From positions 12,152,001-12,216,000 of the forward strand of contig OZ059896.1 of the NCBI GenBank assembly GCA_964057225.1: a DNA stretch of 64,000 nt, read 5' to 3'. The notes under the pieces were generated by a model that was given only the letters and a program-made list of their open reading frames with translations, searched no databases and was not told the DNA's origin. The translations under genes and the position numbers were made by a program. This stretch comes from Auanema rhodensis (Eukaryota; Animalia; Nematoda). Positions 51,101 to 64,000 of the stretch are shown here, in pieces. Position 1 is the stretch's first letter; each line of letters starts with the position of its first letter.

Positions 51101-54100
51101 TTATATTTCTACCACGAATTCATAACTTCATTTTTTAAATTTTTATTCATTAAAAAACATTTAAATTTCAATATTGTGATGCTCAAAAACTGAAACAGTT
51201 GAATATTTTGTAATTTCTAAACCATTTTACTCCATCTCTTTCATTTAATTCCATATTTTAAACAATTTTATATTTCTACCGCTGTTTCATAAATTCATTT
51301 TTTAAATTTTTAATCATTAAAAAACATATAAATTTCAATATTGTGATGCTCAAAAACTGAAACAGTTGAATATTTTGTAATTTCTAAACCATTTTACTCC
51401 ATCGCTTTTATTTAATTCCATATTTTAAACAATTTTATATTTCTACCGCTGTTTCATAATTTCATTTTTTAAATTTTTAATCATTAAAAAACATTTAAAT
51501 TTCAATATTGTGATGCTCAAAAACTGAAACAGTTGAATATTTTGTAATTTCTAAACCATTTTACTCCATCGCTTTTATTTAATTCCATATTTTAAACAAT
51601 TTTATATTTCTACCGCTATTTCATAATTTCATTTTTTAAATTTTTAATCATTAAAAAACATTTAAATTTCAATATTGTGATGCTCAAAAACTGAAACATT
51701 TAAATATTTTGTATTTTCTAAACCATTTCACTCCATCTCTTTCATTTAATTCCATATTTTAAACAATTTTATATTTCTACCACGAATTCATAACTTCATT
51801 TTTTAAATTTTTGATCATTAAAAAACATTTAAATTTCAATGTTGTGATGCTTAAAAACTGAAACAGTTGAATATTTTGTAATTTCTAAACCATTTTACTC
51901 CATCTCTTTCATTCAATTCCATATTTTAAACAATTTTATATTTCTACCACGAATTCATAACTTCATTTTTTAAATTTTTAATCATTAAAAAACATTTAAA
52001 TTTCAATATTGTTATGCTCAAAAACTGAAACATTTAAATATTTTGTATTTTCTAAACCATTTCACTCCATCTCTTTCATTTAATTCCATATTTTAAACAA
52101 TTTTATATTTCTACCACGAATTCATAACTTCATTTTTTAAATTTTAGATCATTAAAAAACATTTAAATTTCAATATTGTGATGCTCAAAAACTGAAACAG
52201 TTGAATATTTTGTAATTTCTAAACCATTTTACTCCATCGCTTTTATTTAATCCCATATTTTAAACAATTTTATATTTCTACCGCTATTTCATAATTTCAT
52301 TTTTTAAATTTTTAATCATTAAAAAACATTTAAATTTCAATATTGTGATGCTCAAAAACTGAAACAGTTGAATATTTTGTAATTTCTAAACCATTTTACT
52401 CCATCGCTTTTATTTAATTCCATATTTTAAACAATTTTATATTTCTACCGCTATTTCATAATTTCATTTTTTAAATTTTTAATCATTAAAAAACATTTAA
52501 ATTTCAATATTGTGATGCTCAAAAACTGAAACATTTAAATATTTTGTATTTTCTAAACCATTTCACTCCATCTCTTTCATTTAATTCCATATTTTAAACA
52601 ATTTTATATTTCTACCACGAATTCATAACTTCATTTTTTAAATTTTTGATCATTAAAAAACATTTAAATTTCAATGTTGTGATGCTCAAAAACTGAAACA
52701 GTTGAATATTTTGTAATTTCTAAACCATTTTACTCCATCGCTTTTATTTAATCTCATATTTTAAACAATTTTATATTTCTACCGCTATTTCATAATTTCA
52801 TTTTTTAAATTTTTAATCATTAAAAAACATTTAAATTTCAATATTGTGATGCTCAAAAACTGAAACAGTTGAATATTTTGTATTTTCTAAACCATTTTAC
52901 TTCATATCTTTCATTTAATTCCATATTTTAAACAGTTTTATATTTCTACCACGAATTCATAACTTCATTTTTTAAATTTTTAATCATTAAAAAACATTTA
53001 AATTTCAATATTGTGATGCTCAAAAACTGAAACAGTTGAATATTTTGTATTTTCTAAACCATTTTACTCCATCTATTTTATTTAATCCCACATTTTAAAC
53101 AATTTTATATTTCTACCGCTGTTTCATAAATTCATTTTTTAAATTTTTAATCATTAAAAAACATATAAATTTCAATATTGTGATGCTCAAAAACTGAAAC
53201 ATTTAAATATTTTGTATTTTCTAAACCATTTCACTCCATCTCTTTCATTTAATTCCATATTTTAAACAATTTTATATTTCTACCACGAATTCATAACTTC
53301 ATTTTTTAAATTTTTATTCATTAAAAAACATTTAAATTTCAATATTGTGATGCTCAAAAACTGAAACAGTTGAATATTTTGTAATTTCTAAACCATTTTA
53401 CTCCATCTCTTTCATTTAATTCCATATTTTAAACAATTTTATATTTCTACCGCTGTTTCATAAATTCATTTTTTAAATTTTTAATCATTAAAAAACATAT
53501 AAATTTCAATATTGTGATGCTCAAAAACTGAAACAGTTGAATATTTTGTAATTTCTAAACCATTTTACTCCATCGCTTTTATTTAATTCCATATTTTAAA
53601 CAATTTTATATTTCTACCGCTGTTTCATAATTTCATTTTTTAAATTTTTAATCATTAAAAAACATTTAAATTTCAATATTGTGATGCTCAAAAACTGAAA
53701 CAGTTGAATATTTTGTAATTTCTAAACCATTTTACTCCATCGCTTTTATTTAATCTCATATTTTAAACAATTTTATATTTCTACCGCTATTTCATAATTT
53801 CATTTTTTAAATTTTTAATCATTAAAAAACATTTAAATTTCAATATTGTGATGCTCAAAAACTGAAACAGTTGAATATTTTGTAATTTCTAAACCATTTT
53901 ACTCCATCGCTTTTATTTAATCTCATATTTTAAACAATTTTATATTTCTACCGCTATTTCATAATTTCATTTTTTAAATTTTTAATCATTAAAAAACATT
54001 TAAATTTCAATATTGTGATGCTCAAAAACTGAAACAGTTGAATATTTTGTAATTTCTAAACCATTTTACTCCATCGCTTTTATTTAATCTCATATTTTAA

Positions 54101-57100
54101 ACAATTTTATATTTCTACCGCTATTTCATAATTTCATTTTTTAAATTTTTAATCATTAAAAAACATTTAAATTTCAATATTGTGATGCTCAAAAACTGAA
54201 ACAGTTGAATATTTTGTATTTTCTAAACCATTTTACTTCATATCTTTCATTTAATTCCATATTTTAAACAATTTTATATTTCTACCACGAATTCATAACT
54301 TCATTTTTTAAATTTTTAATCATTAAAAAACATTTAAATTTCAATATTGTGATGCTCAAAAACTGAAACAGTTGAATATTTTGTATTTTCTAAACCATTT
54401 TACTCCATCTATTTTATTTAATCCCACATTTTAAACAATTTTTTATTTCTACCGCTGTTTCATAAATTCATTTTTTAAATTTTTAATCATTAAAAAACAT
54501 ATAAATTTCAATATTGTGATGCTCAAAAACTGAAACATTTAAATATTTTGTATTTTCTAAACCATTTCACTCCATCTCTTTCATTTAATTCCATATTTTA
54601 AACAATTTTATATTTCTACCACAAATTCATAACTTCATTTTTTAAATTTTTGATCATTAAAAAACATTTAAATTTCAATATTGTGATGCTCAAAAACTGA
54701 AACAGTTAAATATTTTGTATTTTCTAAACCATTTCACTCCATCTCTTTCATTTAATTCCATATTATAAACAATTTTATATTTCTACCACGAATTCATAAC
54801 TTCATTTTTTAAATTTTTAATCATTAAAAAACATTTAAATTTCAATATTGTGATGCTCAAAAACTGAAACATTTAAATATTTTGTATTTTCTAAACCATT
54901 TTACTCCATCGCTTTTATTTAATCCCATATTTTAAACAATTTTATATTTCTACCACGAATTCATAACTTCATTTTTTAAATTTTTGATCATTAAAAAACA
55001 TTTAAATTTCAATATTGTGATGCTCAAAAACTGAAACAGTTGAATATTTTGTATTTTCTAAACCATTTTACTCCATCGCTTTTATATTTCTACCGCTATT
55101 TCATAAATTCATTTTTTAAATTTTTAATCATTAAAAAACATATAAATTTCAATATTGTGATGCTCAAAAACTGAAACATTTAAATATTTTGTATTTTCTA
55201 AACCATTTCACTCCATCTCTTTCATTTAATTCCATATTTTAAACAATTTTATATTTCTACCACGAATTCATAACTTCATTTTTTAAATTTTTGATCATTA
55301 AAAAACATTTAAATTTCAATATTGTGATGCTCAAAAACTGAAACAGTTGAATATTTTGTATTTTCTAAACCATTTTACTTCATATCTTTCATTTAATTAC
55401 ATATTTTAAACAATTTTATATTTCTACCACGAATTCATAACTTCATTTTTTAAATTTTTAATCATTAAAAAACATTTAAATTTCAATATTGTGATGCTCA
55501 AAAACTGAAACAGTTGAATATTTTGTAATTTCTAAACCATTTTACTCCATCGCTTTTATTTAATTCCATATTTTAAACAATTTTATATTTCTACCGCTAT
55601 TTCATAATTTCATTTTTTAAATTTTTAATCATTAAAAAACATTTAAATTTCAATATTGTGATGCTCAAAAACTGAAACATTTAAATATTTTGTATTTTCT
55701 AAACCTTTTCACTCCATCTCTTTCATTTAATTCCATATTTTAAACAATTTTATATTTCTACCACGAATTCATAACTTCATTTTTTAAATTTTTGATCATT
55801 AAAAAACATTTAAATTTCAATGTTGTGATGCTCAAAAACTGAAACAGTTGAATATTTTGTAATTTCTAAACCATTTTACTCCATCTCTTTCATTTAATTC
55901 CATATTTTAAACAATTTTATATTTCTACCTCGAATTCATAACTTCATTTTTCAAATTTTTAATCATTAAAAAACATTTAAATTTCAATATTGTGATGCTC
56001 AAAAACTGAAACATTTAAATATTTTGTATTTTCTAAACCATTTCACTCCATCTCTTTCATTTAATTCCATATTTTAAACAATTTTATATTTCTACCACGA
56101 ATTCATAACTTCATTTTTTAAATTTTTGATCATTAAAAAACATTTAAATTTCAATATTGTGATGCTCAAAAACTGAAACAGTTGAATATTTTGTAATTTC
56201 TAAACCATTTTACTCCATCGCTTTTATTTAATCCCATATTTTAAACAATTTTATATTTCTACCGCTATTTCATAATTTCATTTTTTAAATTTTTAATCAT
56301 TAAAAAACATTCAAATTTCAATATTGTGATGCTCAAAAACTGAAACAGTTGAATATTTTGTAATTTCTAAACCATTTTACTCCATCGCTTTTATTTAATT
56401 CCATATTTTAAACAATTTTATATTTCTACCGCTATTTCATAATTTCATTCTTTAAATTTTTAATCATTAAAAAACATTTAAATTTCAATATTGTGATGCT
56501 CAAAAACTGAAACATTTAAATATTTTGTAATTTCTAAACCATTTTACTTCATATCTTTCATTTAATTTCATATTTTAAACAATTTTATATTTCTACCACG
56601 AATTCATAACTTCATTTTTTAAATTTTTAATCATTAAAAAACATTTAAATTTCAATATTGTGATGCTCAAAAACTGAAACAGTTGAATATTTTGTAATTT
56701 CTTAACCATTTTACTCCATCGCTTTTATTCAATCTCATATTTTAAACAATTTTATATTTCTACCGCTATTTCATAATTTCATTTTTTAAATTTTTAATCA
56801 TTAAAAAACATTTAAATTTCAATATTGTGATGCTCAAAAACTGAAACAGTTGAATATTTTGTATTTTCTAAACCATTTTACTTCATATCTTTCATTTAAT
56901 TTCATATTTTAAACAATTTTATATTTCTACCACGAATTCATAACTTCATTTTTTAAATTTTTAATCATTAAAAAACATTTAAATTTCAATATTGTGATGC
57001 TCAAAAACTGAAACAGTTGAATATTTTGTATTTTCTAAACCATTTTACTCCATCTATTTTATTTAATCCCACATTTTAAACAATTTTATATTTCTACCGC

Positions 57101-60100
57101 TGTTTCATAAATTCATTTTTTAAATTTTTAATCATTAAAAAACATATAAATTTCAATATTGTGATGCTCAAAAACTGAAACATTTAAATATTTTGTATTT
57201 TCTAAACCATTTCACTCCATCTCTTTCATTTAATTCCATATTTTAAACAATTTTATATTTCTACCACGAATTCATAACTTCATTTTTTAAATTTTTATTC
57301 ATTAAAAAACATTTAAATTTCAATATTGTGATGCTCAAAAACTGAAACAGTTGAATATTTTGTAATTTCTAAACCATTTTACTCCATCTCTTTCATTTAA
57401 TTCCATATTTTAAACAATTTTATATTTCTACCGCTATTTCATAATTTCATTTTTTAAATTTTTAATCATTAAAAAACATTCAAATTTCAATATTGTGATG
57501 CTCAAAAACTGAAACAGTTGAATATTTTGTAATTTCTAAACCATTTTACTCCATCGCTTTTATTTAATTCCATATTTTAAACAATTTTATATTTCTACCG
57601 CTATTTCATAATTTCATTCTTTAAATTTTTAATCATTAAAAAACATTTAAATTTCAATATTGTGATGCTCAAAAACTGAAACATTTAAATATTTTGTAAT
57701 TTCTAAACCATTTTACTTCATATCTTTCATTTAATTTCATATTTTAAACAATTTTATATTTCTACCACGAATTCATAACTTCATTTTTTAAATTTTTAAT
57801 CATTAAAAAACATTTAAATTTCAATATTGTGATGCTCAAAAACTGAAACAGTTGAATATTTTGTAATTTCTTAACCATTTTACTCCATCGCTTTTATTCA
57901 ATCTCATATTTTAAACAATTTTATATTTCTACCGCTATTTCATAATTTCATTTTTTAAATTTTTAATCATTAAAAAACATTTAAATTTCAATATTGTGAT
58001 GCTCAAAAACTGAAACAGTTGAATATTTTGTATTTTCTAAACCATTTTACTTCATATCTTTCATTTAATTTCATATTTTAAACAATTTTATATTTCTACC
58101 ACGAATTCATAACTTCATTTTTTAAATTTTTAATCATTAAAAAACATTTAAATTTCAATATTGTGATGCTCAAAAACTGAAACAGTTGAATATTTTGTAT
58201 TTTCTAAACCATTTTACTCCATCTATTTTATTTAATCCCACATTTTAAACAATTTTATATTTCTACCGCTGTTTCATAAATTCATTTTTTAAATTTTTAA
58301 TCATTAAAAAACATATAAATTTCAATATTGTGATGCTCAAAAACTGAAACATTTAAATATTTTGTATTTTCTAAACCATTTCACTCCATCTCTTTCATTT
58401 AATTCCATATTTTAAACAATTTTATATTTCTACCACGAATTCATAACTTCATTTTTTAAATTTTTATTCATTAAAAAACATTTAAATTTCAATATTGTGA
58501 TGCTCAAAAACTGAAACAGTTGAATATTTTGTAATTTCTAAACCATTTTACTCCATCTCTTTCATTTAATTCCATATTTTAAACAATTTTATATTTCTAC
58601 CGCTGTTTCATAAATTCATTTTTTAAATTTTTAATCATTAAAAAACATATAAATTTCAATATTGTGATGCTCAAAAACTGAAACAGTTGAATATTTTGTA
58701 ATTTCTAAACCATTTTACTCCATCGCTTTTATTTAATTCCATATTTTAAACAATTTTATATTTCTACCGCTGTTTCATAATTTCATTTTTTAAATTTTTA
58801 ATCATTAAAAAACATTTAAATTTCAATATTGTGATGCTCAAAAACTGAAACAGTTGAATATTTTGTAATTTCTAAACCATTTCACTCCATCTCTTTTATT
58901 TAATTCCATATTTTAAACAATTTTATATTTCTACCACGAATTCATAACTTCATTTTTTAAATTTTTATTCATTAAAAAACATTTAAATTTCAATATTGTG
59001 ATGCTCAAAAACTGAAACAGTTGAATATTTTGTATTTTCTAAACCATTTTACTTCATATCTTTCATTTAATTCCATATTTTAAACAGTTTTATATTTCTA
59101 CCACGAATTCATAACTTCATTTTTTAAATTTTTAATCATTAAAAAACATTTAAATTTCAATATTGTGATGCTCAAAAACTGAAACAGTTGAATATTTTGT
59201 ATTTTCTAAACCATTTTACTCCATCTATTTTATTTAATCCCACATTTTAAACAATTTTATATTTCTACCGCTGTTTCATAAATTCATTTTTTAAATTTTT
59301 AATCATTAAAAAACATATAAATTTCAATATTGTGATGCTCAAAAACTGAAACATTTAAATATTTTGTATTTTCTAAACCATTTCACTCCATCTCTTTCAT
59401 TTAATTCCATATTTTAAACAATTTTATATTTCTACCACGAATTCATAACTTCATTTTTTAAATTTTTATTCATTAAAAAACATTTAAATTTCAATATTGT
59501 GATGCTCAAAAACTGAAACAGTTGAATATTTTGTAATTTCTAAACCATTTTACTCCATCTCTTTCATTTAATTCCATATTTTAAACAATTTTATATTTCT
59601 ACCGCTGTTTCATAAATTCATTTTTTAAATTTTTAATCATTAAAAAACATATAAATTTCAATATTGTGATGCTCAAAAACTGAAACAGTTGAATATTTTG
59701 TAATTTCTAAACCATTTTACTCCATCGCTTTTATTTAATTCCATATTTTAAACAATTTTATATTTCTACCGCTGTTTCATAATTTCATTTTTTAAATTTT
59801 TAATCATTAAAAAACATTTAAATTTCAATATTGTGATGCTCAAAAACTGAAACAGTTGAATATTTTGTAATTTCTAAACCATTTTACTCCATCGCTTTTA
59901 TTTAATTCCATATTTTAAACAATTTTATATTTCTACCGCTATTTCATAATTTCATTTTTTAAATTTTTAATCATTAAAAAACATTTAAATTTCAATATTG
60001 TGATGCTCAAAAACTGAAACATTTAAATATTTTGTATTTTCTAAACCATTTCACTCCATCTCTTTCATTTAATTCCATATTTTAAACAATTTTATATTTC

Positions 60101-63100
60101 TACCACGAATTCATAACTTCATTTTTTAAATTTTTGATCATTAAAAAACATTTAAATTTCAATGTTGTGATGCTTAAAAACTGAAACAGTTGAATATTTT
60201 GTAATTTCTAAACCATTTTACTCCATCTCTTTCATTCAATTCCATATTTTAAACAATTTTATATTTCTACCACGAATTCATAACTTCATTTTTTAAATTT
60301 TTAATCATTAAAAAACATTTAAATTTCAATATTGTTATGCTCAAAAACTGAAACATTTAAATATTTTGTATTTTCTAAACCATTTCACTCCATCTCTTTC
60401 ATTTAATTCCATATTTTAAACAATTTTATATTTCTACCACGAATTCATAACTTCATTTTTTAAATTTTAGATCATTAAAAAACATTTAAATTTCAATATT
60501 GTGATGCTCAAAAACTGAAACAGTTGAATATTTTGTAATTTCTAAACCATTTTACTCCATCGCTTTTATTTAATCCCATATTTTAAACAATTTTATATTT
60601 CTACCGCTATTTCATAATTTCATTTTTTAAATTTTTAATCATTAAAAAACATTTAAATTTCAATATTGTGATGCTCAAAAACTGAAACAGTTGAATATTT
60701 TGTAATTTCTAAACCATTTTACTCCATCGCTTTTATTTAATTCCATATTTTAAACAATTTTATATTTCTACCGCTATTTCATAATTTCATTTTTTAAATT
60801 TTTAATCATTAAAAAACATTTAAATTTCAATATTGTGATGCTCAAAAACTGAAACATTTAAATATTTTGTATTTTCTAAACCATTTCACTCCATCTCTTT
60901 CATTTAATTCCATATTTTAAACAATTTTATATTTCTACCACGAATTCATAACTTCATTTTTTAAATTTTTGATCATTAAAAAACATTTAAATTTCAATGT
61001 TGTGATGCTCAAAAACTGAAACAGTTGAATATTTTGTAATTTCTAAACCATTTTACTCCATCGCTTTTATTTAATCTCATATTTTAAACAATTTTATATT
61101 TCTACCGCTATTTCATAATTTCATTTTTTAAATTTTTAATCATTAAAAAACATTTAAATTTCAATATTGTGATGCTCAAAAACTGAAACAGTTGAATATT
61201 TTGTATTTTCTAAACCATTTTACTTCATATCTTTCATTTAATTCCATATTTTAAACAGTTTTATATTTCTACCACGAATTCATAACTTCATTTTTTAAAT
61301 TTTTAATCATTAAAAAACATTTAAATTTCAATATTGTGATGCTCAAAAACTGAAACAGTTGAATATTTTGTATTTTCTAAACCATTTTACTCCATCTATT
61401 TTATTTAATCCCACATTTTAAACAATTTTATATTTCTACCGCTGTTTCATAAATTCATTTTTTAAATTTTTAATCATTAAAAAACATATAAATTTCAATA
61501 TTGTGATGCTCAAAAACTGAAACATTTAAATATTTTGTATTTTCTAAACCATTTCACTCCATCTCTTTCATTTAATTCCATATTTTAAACAATTTTATAT
61601 TTCTACCACGAATTCATAACTTCATTTTTTAAATTTTTATTCATTAAAAAACATTTAAATTTCAATATTGTGATGCTCAAAAACTGAAACAGTTGAATAT
61701 TTTGTAATTTCTAAACCATTTTACTCCATCTCTTTCATTTAATTCCATATTTTAAACAATTTTATATTTCTACCGCTGTTTCATAAATTCATTTTTTAAA
61801 TTTTTAATCATTAAAAAACATATAAATTTCAATATTGTGATGCTCAAAAACTGAAACAGTTGAATATTTTGTAATTTCTAAACCATTTTACTCCATCGCT
61901 TTTATTTAATTCCATATTTTAAACAATTTTATATTTCTACCGCTGTTTCATAATTTCATTTTTTAAATTTTTAATCATTAAAAAACATTTAAATTTCAAT
62001 ATTGTGATGCTCAAAAACTGAAACAGTTGAATATTTTGTAATTTCTAAACCATTTTACTCCATCGCTTTTATTTAATTCCATATTTTAAACAATTTTATA
62101 TTTCTACCGCTATTTCATAATTTCATTTTTTAAATTTTTAATCATTAAAAAACATTTAAATTTCAATATTGTGATGCTCAAAAACTGAAACATTTAAATA
62201 TTTTGTATTTTCTAAACCATTTCACTCCATCTCTTTCATTTAATTCCATATTTTAAACAATTTTATATTTCTACCACGAATTCATAACTTCATTTTTTAA
62301 ATTTTTGATCATTAAAAAACATTTAAATTTCAATGTTGTGATGCTTAAAAACTGAAACAGTTGAATATTTTGTAATTTCTAAACCATTTTACTCCATCTC
62401 TTTCATTCAATTCCATATTTTAAACAATTTTATATTTCTACCACGAATTCATAACTTCATTTTTTAAATTTTTAATCATTAAAAAACATTTAAATTTCAA
62501 TATTGTTATGCTCAAAAACTGAAACATTTAAATATTTTGTATTTTCTAAACCATTTCACTCCATCTCTTTCATTTAATTCCATATTTTAAACAATTTTAT
62601 ATTTCTACCACGAATTCATAACTTCATTTTTTAAATTTTAGATCATTAAAAAACATTTAAATTTCAATATTGTGATGCTCAAAAACTGAAACAGTTGAAT
62701 ATTTTGTAATTTCTAAACCATTTTACTCCATCGCTTTTATTTAATCCCATATTTTAAACAATTTTATATTTCTACCGCTATTTCATAATTTCATTTTTTA
62801 AATTTTTAATCATTAAAAAACATTTAAATTTCAATATTGTGATGCTCAAAAACTGAAACAGTTGAATATTTTGTAATTTCTAAACCATTTTACTCCATCG
62901 CTTTTATTTAATTCCATATTTTAAACAATTTTATATTTCTACCGCTATTTCATAATTTCATTTTTTAAATTTTTAATCATTAAAAAACATTTAAATTTCA
63001 ATATTGTGATGCTCAAAAACTGAAACATTTAAATATTTTGTATTTTCTAAACCATTTCACTCCATCTCTTTCATTTAATTCCATATTTTAAACAATTTTA

Positions 63101-64000
63101 TATTTCTACCACGAATTCATAACTTCATTTTTTAAATTTTTGATCATTAAAAAACATTTAAATTTCAATGTTGTGATGCTCAAAAACTGAAACAGTTGAA
63201 TATTTTGTAATTTCTAAACCATTTTACTCCATCGCTTTTATTTAATCTCATATTTTAAACAATTTTATATTTCTACCGCTATTTCATAATTTCATTTTTT
63301 AAATTTTTAATCATTAAAAAACATTTAAATTTCAATATTGTGATGCTCAAAAACTGAAACAGTTGAATATTTTGTATTTTCTAAACCATTTTACTTCATA
63401 TCTTTCATTTAATTCCATATTTTAAACAGTTTTATATTTCTACCACGAATTCATAACTTCATTTTTTAAATTTTTAATCATTAAAAAACATTTAAATTTC
63501 AATATTGTGATGCTCAAAAACTGAAACAGTTGAATATTTTGTATTTTCTAAACCATTTTACTCCATCTATTTTATTTAATCCCACATTTTAAACAATTTT
63601 TTATTTCTACCGCTGTTCCATAAATTCATTTTTTAAATTTTTAATCATTAAAAAACATATAAATTTCAATATTGTGATGCTCAAAAACTGAAACATTTAA
63701 ATATTTTGTAATTTCTAAACCATTTTACTCCATCGCTTTTATTTAATTCCATATTTTAAACAATTTTATATTTCTACCGCTATTTCATAATTTCATTCTT
63801 TAAATTTTTAATCATTAAAAAACATTTAAATTTCAATCTTGTGATGCTCAAAAACTGAAACAGTTAAATATTTTGTATTTTCTAAACCATTTCACTCCAT
63901 CTCTTTCATTTAATTCCATATTATAAACAATTTTATATTTCTACCACGAATTCATAACTTCATTTTTTAAATTTTTAATCATTAAAAAACATTTAAATTT
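39111..64000. repeat. Same 167-bp satellite, right arm (about 150 monomers, runs off the window end)
   Basis: The array resumes in the same orientation and phase as the interrupted monomer (...AACTGAAACA | element | AACAGTTGAATATT...). Confidence 0.99.

Noticed and set aside
46754-55077. Similarity between the 8,323-bp satellite duplication period and the 8,253-bp LTR-to-LTR offset
   Set aside because: 8,323 is exactly 49x167+140 and contains no element sequence, so the similarity is probably coincidental.
1-64000. CRISPR-like array (conserved core alternating with variable segments)
   Set aside because: The variable parts are 1-3-nt alleles of the same monomer, not unique spacers. There are no cas genes and the context is eukaryotic.
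1-64000. Species assignment or named satellite/element family
   Set aside because: I do not recognise the monomer or the LTR. Nematode origin is only inferred from the BEL/Pao plus phlebovirus-like Env combination, and a database search is needed.

Overview
Eukaryotic DNA, probably from a nematode (inferred from the element family). About 55 kb is one very AT-rich tandem satellite with a 167-bp monomer (1-30325 and 39111-64000), containing occasional 140-bp deletion monomers and nested higher-order duplications of 4, 10, 13, 17, 45 and 50 monomers. One apparently intact 8,785-bp BEL/Pao LTR retrotransposon or endogenous belpaovirus (30326-39110, minus strand) interrupts the array. It has 532-bp TG...CA LTRs that differ at one base, an AACA target-site duplication, a tRNA-Gly-like PBS, and a single uninterrupted 2,578-aa Gag-PR-RT-RNaseH-IN-Env ORF. 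The Env is phlebovirus-like (a head-less mini-Gn plus a class II fusogen Gc), as in nematode Cer13/Atlas-type elements. Three features stand out. After Gc the polyprotein repeats the TM/amphipathic/basic/signal/C-x12-C junction and may release a third, anchorless 71-aa product. The ORF starts inside the 5' LTR and reads through the PBS, leaving only 24 non-coding internal bases. The whole element is a very recent insertion deep inside a satellite array. All coordinates and comparisons were made by eye; no searches were run.
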